Shown here piece after piece: positions 55,135 to 64,000 of a stretch of 64,000 nt of DNA. The notes under the pieces were generated by a model. That model was given only the letters and a program-made list of their open reading frames with translations, did not search any database and had not been told where the DNA came from. The position numbers and the translations under genes are program-made. Origin of the DNA: Flaccisagitta enflata (Eukaryota); contig OZ231126.1 of the NCBI GenBank assembly GCA_965153355.1, positions 27,404,001 through 27,468,000 of the forward strand, read 5' to 3'. The first letter of the stretch is position 1. Each line of letters opens with the position of its first letter.

Positions 55135-55512
55135 CTTGAGGATATCCAGGCCTCCCTGGGTTGTCTGGGGGTGGTCCCGCATTGTGCTGAGCATTTGTAG
55201 AATTAGGGGGTGCTGGGCCATTTTGTGGCCCCGTTGGGTGTCCTGGTCCACCATGGGGTGAAGGGCTGGGGTACCCTGATGTTGAAGGGGGATGGCCCGG
55301 TCCTGGTGTTCCCGAATTTGAAGCGGATGGTCCATTATGGTAGTTAGGCTGTGAATGCGGAGGCGCTGAATTTTGGGAGGATGGTCCATTGCTTGAAGTC
55401 GGTGCTGCATTCTCTGAAGCATTTTTAGGCCCAGCTCCAGCCTGACTTGACGGTGGACCAGATGGTGGCCCAGAGGGTTGTGATGGATTTGAGCTAGGCC
55501 CTGGACCGGAAC
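55135..55512 (-). CDS. SS18: SS18 homologue exon 3, Gly/Pro/Ser-rich
   Basis: Open frame, CAAG acceptor, G|GTAACC donor, phase 1/1. Confidence 0.88.
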
Positions 55513-55737
55513 CTTGGAGAGAAATATCAAACGATGTAATGGGCATTAGTTTGTATTAGAGTTCTTGCTGCATAGGTAGGCTGTTAAGGCTCAACATAGA
55601 GCACTAGAGTTCTATCTAGCTATATCCTCGACTTCATGAACACCATTTGACGTTCTTCGTTTAGCTGAGTTCTCATAACCCCACTTAACGCTACTTCATC
55701 CCACTCTACCCACATGTACGTTTCCCTTTAGGTTTAC

Positions 55738-55915
55738 CTGGAGCCGGCAATAAGCTTCCTAAATTGGAGTTTCCAGAATCGGCCAGGGTTGCCAGGTATA
55801 CGAGATTCCGGTGTAGGACCTGCTGATATTGCACGCAATCTGCGGGCTTGCCCCCGCCCGGTTTACTTTGTTGATCTTGAATAGCTTGAATCAGCTGATA
55901 ATTTTCATCCAACAT
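55738..55915 (-). CDS. SS18: SS18 homologue exon 2, SNH/SSXT domain
   Basis: MLDENYQLIQAIQDQQSK...CVQYQQVLHRNLVYLATLADS...LLPAP, diagnostic SNH domain; phase 0/1. Confidence 0.96.
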
Positions 55916-57289
55916 CTGGCGGGAATGAACAAAATCAGAACGAATTTTACTGTTACACAAGTCATTGAAGAAAGCTGATTAGTTGGTTGTGGGTGGGCAG
56001 TGATGCAGATTCTCTTCCTCCCAAGGGCAGTTGTTGAAAAAAAGATTATCGACCTAATCATGGATGTATTTTTAGTTGCGGACACTCAACTCTATAAGAG
56101 GCCTTGTCCGTCCGTCTGTCGGTTCGTTGGTCCATTACAATCGAGTTGTCACGCTCGAGTTAAAAACGGGAAAAACGCGTATTTATGATGCTGCAGTTGG
56201 TATTGTTTGTGTGTGAGTGTGTTGGAGGGGTGGTTGGGGTGAGCCTGGAGTGATATATTGTGACCCCGCGTTTAGTTCCTGGCGCGTGCTTCAAACCAAG
56301 TCAACTAAATAGTAGAAGGAACCCAATTTGGGCAGTCAAACAAGTCTCACAAAGGGCATGGGCAACAAATATAAAAAAAGACCACCTAACATAACTTAAA
56401 CATGACCCAACCTAAACATTACCCGAATTGACTAAAACTTCATTGAAATTGCAACAAGTGACGCAGGGTCACAATATTGTTGCGGATGGGTGGGCAGGGG
56501 CGTCCAACCCACTATCTAAACCCACCCCCTACACAAACATACATAAAGAGCATCCAAAATGCTTGTTTTTCCACATTACAACTCGATCATGACCGACGGA
56601 CCAACAGATGGATGGACAGACAAAGCCTCATATAGTTGCGTGTCTGTAACTAAAAATGTAATTTTGAAAATACAGACGGACTGACACAGCAAGGTGGAGA
56701 TGTGTGTCCGCGACTATATTCTCATGTACCATTTGTATACCTAGAGGATTATCTCCATGCAAAATCAATTTGGACTTTATCTAGGTACTCCATCAGTAAT
56801 GCTGTTACATGAAATGACTTAGGAATAAATTTCTCTCACAACTACAGCAATCACTTCTATACAACTACAGCATTGATAACTAGATCAAGTCAAAACTGAT
56901 TATGCAAGTAGATTGAGCTTCAATGATACAAATGGAAATGCTTTTCTTTCGAAAGCCCAAAACAAGCGCGGCCTTCCAAATGGCCGCGTTGGGCAGGGGT
57001 TTAATGTGGGTTGATGTCTTGTTTTTGCCAAATGATATTCATTTAGGCTAAGATAACACAAATTTCTGTGAAGAATCTTTGAGCTAGAACAATGTTATTT
57101 ATTTATGCATTTAATGGGAATAAATAAGAGCAATTAGAGCCTCAAAATGGTGAAAAGGCGGAGTTCCCAATATCTCATAAAAATGGTGAATTCCATAGTT
57201 TAGCTTAGTGTGTTATGAGACAAAATTATACTTGGTACGCAGTAGAACTTGAGTCAATAATATGATAATGATTTCTCTTATTCTGGTAC

Positions 57290-57361
57290 CTTTTGAATGT
57301 TGGCTGCAGTAGGTGGTGGTTTGCTTCTTTGCATATTTGCTGGGAATGGTACCGACGACAT
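57290..57361 (-). CDS. SS18: SS18/SYT homologue exon 1 (MSSVPFPANMQRSKPPPTAANIQK)
   Basis: Resembles the SS18 N-terminus ending in IQK; AAG|GTACCA donor, phase 0. Confidence 0.88.
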
Positions 57362-59039
57362 TGTCCCTCCTTGACGTTTGCTCAATTGCTGAAGATCCAC
57401 GGTGAATGCGTTTCTTGATGATTTACACTTTTTTCATCGATTTATTGTTCAGGGCGTTGTAGTGATTCCGATGCTTAGAAATGGTTGTCTGAAGCACACT
57501 CACTCGAACTGTAAAATTTCTCCTTCACTGACGCTGAGGAGCCGCGGCGCAGATGGAGGGATCCTTTGTATTTGGGCTTGTGTTTTCTCCCTCAATCGAG
57601 GCATCGGGCTCCCGACTCGGGTTTGTAGGAGTTTGCTATTGGTCTGAAACGTTTTCCTCCTCTTCTTACTCTCAGGAAATGAGTTGGCTCCTGTATGCAG
57701 ATTCCAATTTTGAGCGGGTTAGTTTGATTATGCGAGGGTGTTTCTTACAGATTTTCAAAATGAGTTGTCTATAGTTTTGAGGGTATTGTGAAGCATTGCA
57801 AATACAAGAAAGCATGTCGGTGAGAAATTTACATGGAAGGGACTTGATTGTGGAATACTATCACACTGTGATCATGCCACCTGCTGTTGTGTAACAAATA
57901 ATAATTGGACTGTTTTTCGAAATTGGCATACAGTAGGACCCCGCCTCATGAGGGACCGATGAGCACATTGGGACTAAAGATTTTTCATCCTTATCTCAGT
58001 TTCACCTTAAAAGAGAGGTGAAATCACATTAGAGACTGTCATTTGGGGCCTTAAAATGTTGACCTTGATTGACGAACATTTACTACCTAGGAAAAAAGTG
58101 TATCTACACTTGGGATACAAAATGATTTAGTGACCTAATATTCATTTAATCTTTATAAAAAAAAAAATAAGTTTACAAAATAACTTATTTTCAGTCGCAT
58201 GCACGCAACTTTACTCTTTGCCGTGTCGGTTGGTAGGTCGGTCCGTTCGTCCTTAACATTTTTACGGTAATTTAAGGTACTCTAGGGTATTTTAGGGTAC
58301 TTTGGGGTACTTAAAGGTACTGAAGGGTATTATTCTTGGTACTAAAGGTACTTTTGAGTACTTTCAGATATTTTTGAGAACTTTTAGGTATCTTTTAGTA
58401 TTTTTGGGTATTTTAAATATTTTTGGTTATGTTTGGGTATTTTTGGGTATTTTGGTTATTGTATCATATCGATAATGTATCGATATCGTATTGACATTGT
58501 ATGAATACATATCGCGCGGCCTTGGGGGGTAGGAACTCTTTTGTTTGTCATTTCCAGACGCACGCGACTGTTGCCCTCTTGAGCTTGTTTGATTAAGAAT
58601 TCTTATGTAAGTTTTTGGAAGCAATATCTAAAGCTATTCCAACTTATTATAGAGGATATGGTGTTATCACTCATAGGCAAATTTACAATTTGGGAAGAAG
58701 TTTATATTTATATGTCATTTCTAAACATACAAAATCAAAAACTAGGATGAGTTTTGAGTTCGTCTTCTAGATTTTTTGATGATTTTTTAAGAATTGTACT
58801 AGCAGCTCTAGAAGTGGAGATATGTTGATTTAAAGCTGTTTATAATTTTTGTATTTTGCTGTCTCTTATATTTTTTTTATTTTGAAAATGAATGTCTTTT
58901 ACATTTTCGCTTGTAGTTTCTAAACTGTTTAAGATACACCAACCAGATTGGACTCATTTTGAAGATTTTTTGATGAAGTTTAATTTGTTTTTTTAATCTA
59001 TCTAGCAGAGAAGTCCTTAATAGAAGCTGTAGATATACT

Positions 59040-60448
59040 TTTTGTCCTCGACGATCAGTTTACGTCGAGGACTATAACATAGCACTGATCGTGTAGTAAG
59101 CCGTTTGTTGTTCGTTGTTCGTCGTGTCAACCCTTAAAAACTTGAGAATCACAACTCAGATGTTGATGAAACTTGGTCAGTGTTATTTTTAGGGCATTAC
59201 TAACCTGTGTACCAACTTTCAACAACATTCATAAATATTTTATACCCTTTGCCTATTATTTTTGTAGTAATATTAATTCCTGGACTTGTGCAATTTACAT
59301 AGGGGAAGGGTAGTAAAGGTTCACCAATGTTGTTCAAACTTGTTGTGAAGGTTTATTGCATCAATTAAAGCTTCCCTGCAAGATCTTAGATAATTCTGAG
59401 TATTGGTTTAGAAGATATAAGGGTATTTTGCTAGTAATATTAATTCTTAGACTCGTGCAATTTACATAGGGGAATGGTAGTAAAGGTTCACCAAAGTTGT
59501 TCAAACTTGTTGTGAAGGTTCATTGCATCAATTAAAGCTCCCCTGCAAGATTTCAGTAAATTCTGAGTATTGGTTAAGAAAATATAAGGGTATTTATGAT
59601 GTATCTAGTAACATTATTTCTTGGACTAATGAATTTTTTTTCGAAAAAATATTTTTTTTTTGAAATTTTTTTTTTTTTTTTGAAATTTTTTTTTGAAAAA
59701 AATTTTCTTTTTTCTTGAAAAATTTTTTCTTTTTTTTTTAAATGTTTTTTTTCTTTTGAATTTTTTTTTTTAAATTTGAAAATTTTTTGTTATCTTTTTT
59801 ATTATTGGATTATAAGGTATGCTTTCATGGACTTCAAGGAATGCCATCATGGGTTTCAAGGTATGCCATCATGGGTTTCAAGGTATGCCATCATAGGCTG
59901 CAAGGTATGCCATCATGAACTTCAAGGTATGCCATCATGGACTTTAAGGTATGCAATTGGTAGCCGGGTCAGACTGAGTAGCCGGGTCAGACTGAGTAGC
60001 CGGGTCAGACTGAGTAGCCGGGTCAGACTGAGTAGCCGGGTCAGACTGAGTAGCCGGGTCAGACTGAGTAGCCGGGTCAGACTGAGTAGCCGGGTCAGAC
60101 TGAGTAGCCGGGTCAGACTGAGTAGCCGGGTCAGACTGAGTAGCCGGGTCAGACTGAGTAGCCGGGTCAGACTGAGTAGCCGGGTCAGACTGAGTAGCCG
60201 GGTCAGACTGAGTAGCCGGGTCAGACTGAGTAGCCGGGTCAGACTGAGTAGCCGGGTCAGACTGAGTAGCCGGGTCAGACTGAGTGGCCGGGTCAGACTG
60301 AGTGGCCGGGTCAGACTGAGTGGCCGGGTCAGACTGAGTGGCCGGGTCAGACTGAGTGGCCGGGTCAGACTGAGTAGCCGGGTCAGACTGAGTAGCTGGG
60401 TCGGACACCAAATAGACTACAGTCGAGGACTGTTGTTTTTAAGCTTTT
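59040..60448 (+). mobile_element. Long HINE-like element related to family D, carrying an 18-bp array
   Basis: 5' palindrome GTCCTCGACGA..CGTCGAGGAC; 3' AGTCGAGGAC then AAGC and a T-run; ~170-bp and 21-bp repeats. Confidence 0.75.
59958..60402. repeat. 18-bp minisatellite GAGTAGCCGGGTCAGACT, about 24 nearly perfect units
   Basis: Periodicity read directly. Confidence 0.97.
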
Positions 60449-61113
60449 TTCCTAGATAGTTAAAGCGGGTCTGTTATTGTGGGGTCCCTCTGTACTTACA
60501 GGGTTGTATGTATCCTTTGAGGGTGGGGGTGGGGAAATCTTGGGTGCAGAGGAGGGGACGGGGAAAAAGAGAGAAAAATTAAAACTAAGGATTTAGGAGA
60601 TTTTTACTTTTGACAGTACTGAAACTGGACTTAGAAATGGAAAAAACGAAAGGAAATTTTGATAACAATGACATATTTGAACCATTAGCTATGGCATAGA
60701 TGAAATTTTTTGTGCATCATATTATTCATAAGGGATTGATAATGATTGTTTAAAAGCTGTGTAATAACGTAATGCAGACAATTTTTGATTGGTTATCCTT
60801 GCTCTGTGCTTGTCTGGGCTCAACCTAGGCAAGCCCACAATATAGAAAAAACATATTTAAGTCTCCCTAGCCTAGGCACGGGGGCTGGTAGTCAGGCATG
60901 TTATCAAACCGTTGATACATCGGGCAAGCCCATGGATGTGGGAAATGCCACGTCCATGGATGTAGTAAAAGTCGGTCTTGAAAATCAAGTCAAGTCTTGC
61001 ATTAAGAGTGATTCAAGGTTAAAAACTTAAAAATGTCTTTGAACCAAAGACAAAAATTCAGCTGAGCTTGTTTGAAATATGATAAAAAACCTTCAGATTG
61101 AAGATTTTCACTA

Positions 61114-61440
61114 CAGGTTCGGATGGATTATAAAATGCTATATGTTACTTTATAACCCACCCTACCCTACATCCTAAACTATTCATTGTAGAGATATGAA
61201 ATTTGGTGTAGTAAGTCATTGGGGGAATACTTTTACAGCCATCAGAGGGTTTTTCAGGGGTTACCCCGCTCCACCTCCATATCTCAGCTCAGGGGCGGGA
61301 ATTGGAAAAATCCTCTGATGGTCCAAAAGTATTCCCCCAATGACTTTCCATACAAAATTTCATGTTTCTACTATAAATTGTTTGAGCTGTAGGGTGGGTT
61401 AGAAAGTGATATATAGCATTTTATAATCCATCCAATCCTG
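61114..61440. mobile_element. Palindromic Tc1/mariner-type MITE
   Basis: CAGG...GGATGGATTATAAAATGCTATAT long TIR; TA flanks. Confidence 0.85.
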
Positions 61441-61906
61441 TAATGAATGATACATTATGCTACGCGACTCTACACCCAGCTTTGTCGGGCCGTCCGGCCG
61501 TTGGTCAGCTGTCGGTCCGTCCATCACTATTTTTTGTTTTTTGTTTTTGGTTTTTGGCCTCACTGCTCCTGTCCAGATGATTTAATGACCTCAAATACTG
61601 CCCCTGCCCACACACACGCAACTGAGGTAGCCATGTATCCGGCCTTGTTCATATTTAAAATAAGTCGGTCTTGAACGTGGCAAATTTCAGAGCCCCCCAC
61701 ATCCATGGACAAGCCCATAGCAAAAGCAGTGTAGACTTTCACAATGGTACGGCAGAACTGAAACAACGATCTGTGAGACGAGCCAATTACATCGAGTCAG
61801 GCGGTGAGGGATTGTTCATTACTAGTTACTACACGAATTTAAAAAAAAGACGCAACTTTTTTTTTGCTGATAAAACTGACAAAAAGAATAAATAAATAGA
61901 AATATA

Positions 61907-62081
61907 CAGTAGGACCCCGCCTCATCGGTCCCATTGGGACTGAGGATTTTCACCTTTATCTCAGGATAACCTATAATGAGAGGTGAAATCATAATAAAAA
62001 CTATCATTTGGGACCTCAAAATGTTGACCTTTATTGATGGGGAACCTTTAAAAGCGAGGCTGTTATTGCGGGGTTCCACTG
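61907..62081 (+). mobile_element. pogo/Tigger-like MITE, intact copy
   Basis: CAGT(A/G)G.ACCCCGC TIR; TA flanks. Confidence 0.82.
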
Positions 62082-63129
62082 TAATAGAGAAAATGATTTT
62101 GAAGATTCTCAAATTATCTTTTATTCTAGACCAATCCCAGATTTGTATCTTTAACAGTTAAGGAGCTAGAGCTCTCTAAAGTGAGACGCCATTTTGCTGA
62201 ATTTTGTCTTTTTTAAAGGAACTGCAAAAACAAATTTGGCAACTTTTTACTCGAACTAATGACATTTCCATACGAAAAAAGATACCAGATTTCAATTACT
62301 TTTTTTGATTTTCAATGGTGCAATCAACCATTCAAAAGTGCATATTTTTTTTAGATGCGTCCTCGCAGAGGGTCTGCCCGTCTGTCCATCCGTCTGTTAC
62401 GCCTCCTTGAAAATCAGTTTTTGGCACTTTTCAGCCGCGAGGATGTCATGTATCAAGTAATTAGAATATTTTGAGAGCCTCATTCGATACTACTATCTTC
62501 GCCAAAAGAAACGCAGCAGTTGATAAATAGGTTCATTATGTAAGTTTTTGCAGAAGAACGGTATGTCTGCTGGAACAATGTTTGCTGTCATTGGATCAAC
62601 AGTTGTCTTTTTTTTATTTGATAAGGTTGATATGGTGATAATAAAAAATGAAAAACATATCTAGAATTGTAAGACGCTTGCCATTGATATGACTATAAAC
62701 TTGACGTAATATTTGTATTTTACAAAAATTATTTATCATAAGAATAATAACTAAACAGTGAGAAAAAGTAAAAAATATCATCAAAGAGTCTCATTTGGCC
62801 AAATCATACGCAATAAGTAATTTGAAATACCGAATTGTTTCTCTGGAATCTCGTACAGCATGCTGTCAATGATTCGAGCAAAATTTAAGAAATTAATCTT
62901 ATTTCCTTAATGATTTTTTAAATGCATGAAATATTAAAACCGTGCGTTGGCCAACTTCTTGTGCTTGCATCAAGCTGCACACCAAGATTCAACTACCCCT
63001 GATATCTATCCACGCATATGCAAAAGCTCAATAGGATCTGTAGAGTCAGCTAGAGTCAGCTCGCGTTCAAAGATATTACTCAAATATGCAAATTAAGTAA
63101 ATGCAAAATGAAATTTATTTCGTAATGAT

Positions 63130-63206
<77 letters not shown>

Positions 63207-63373
63207 GACAAAAAAATAAAAAAAGATTGGTATAAATGAATTCCTTGTTTCAGATTGTGAATTCATTTAACATCGCTGAATCTAATAATTTTCTTTGTTT
63301 TTACAATACTCAGATTAAATTATGTTTCATGATACTTTGTTTTGAGCAATTTGAATTCTTTTTTTAGGTTGAA

Positions 63374-63577
63374 AACAAGGCCAACCCCTATAAGTCGCGC
63401 GCGAGACTTACAGATTGATTTAGAATGACTTAGAATGGCTTGGAATGACTTAGTTTACCCTAAAATGACTTGAAATGACATAAAGAAATAAATTACCGAC
63501 TGACCAACCAACCGACTGACCGTCTAACCGACGGACGGACAAAGCGGGGTGTAGAGTTGCGTGCACGCGACTAAAAA
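63374..63577 (-). mobile_element. HINE-like element followed by (TC)n
   Basis: AACAAGG...AGTCGCG...GACC/GACG core...GTTGCGTGCACGCGACTAAAAA. Confidence 0.75.
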
Positions 63578-63612
63578 GAAAAAGCAGATCTGTCTCTTTC
63601 TCTCTGTCTCTC

Positions 63613-63689
<77 letters not shown>

Positions 63690-64000
63690 CTAGTTTTAAT
63701 CAGCCACTCTGTTTCTATCCACAGAACAGATAGGCGGCAAAATATTCACTTGAGGGTCTTGTGATCGGAACGGACAAAAAAGGCTTCGATATTGCTAAAA
63801 ATATACCGTTTTCAGCTAATCCGCAGTATTTTCGCCGGGGAATCCAAAAATCATGGTCTCGAAAGGCTACAGAAACCAATTCAATATCTTATGCTAATAC
63901 TTACATTATGAAGCTCAAATACTACAGATAAATGTCAGATTTTTATTCCAAAGACGCGTGTGGGCTCCCCCAGCATTAATGATGGCTTGCATTCACCTTG

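Larger units (their letters stand above)
58083..60459. mobile_element. TIR element with TTA TSD (PIF/Harbinger-like), right TIR split by a HINE
   Basis: Left CTACCTAGGAAAAAAGTGTATCTACA; right TIR reconstitutes from 59028-59044 plus 60445-60459; TTA at 58080-58082 and 60460-60462. Confidence 0.7.
57931..60492 (+). mobile_element. pogo/Tigger-like MITE split by nested insertions
   Basis: 57931-58080 and 60462-60492 match the two halves of the intact copy at 61907-62081; TA flanks. Confidence 0.75.

Noticed and set aside
59776-60459. 227-aa and 155-aa repeat ORFs (SSRVRL / DPATQS)
   Set aside because: 18-bp array inside a HINE; no splice or codon evidence

Overview
Eukaryotic (metazoan, probably invertebrate) genomic DNA, intron-rich and dominated by repeats. 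Three protein-coding genes can be assembled by hand with GT-AG junctions and consistent phases. (1) A polypyrimidine-tract-binding protein (PTBP/hnRNP I) homologue on + from before base 1 to 32018, with four RRMs, 11 core exons in view and two probable extra linker exons. (2) A two-exon, largely low-complexity gene of about 991 aa that I cannot assign to a family (48349-51485, +). (3) A nine-exon SS18/SYT homologue of 521 aa (57361-51931, -), convergent with gene 2. Most of the rest is nested non-autonomous transposons whose ends and target-site duplications are readable: Merlin-like, hAT-like, Kolobok-like, Mutator-like and Tc1/mariner-pogo MITEs, a solo LTR, and many DINE-1/Helentron-type (HINE) elements. 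Several of these carry expanded mini/satellite arrays, including TTAGGG-derived 24-mers. Nearly all long ORFs in the ORF track are repeat artefacts. Best leads: an exon-junction-complex-binding-like motif in a probable cassette exon of the PTB linker; a frameshifting PTB exon behind a ~300-nt AG-free pyrimidine tract (possible relocated autoregulation/NMD switch); a 16.8-kb satellite-filled element closed by 13-bp inverted ends that fills one PTB intron; and a Mutator-like element carrying a decayed reading frame. No database searches were run; family assignments rest on recognised motifs and terminal structures.
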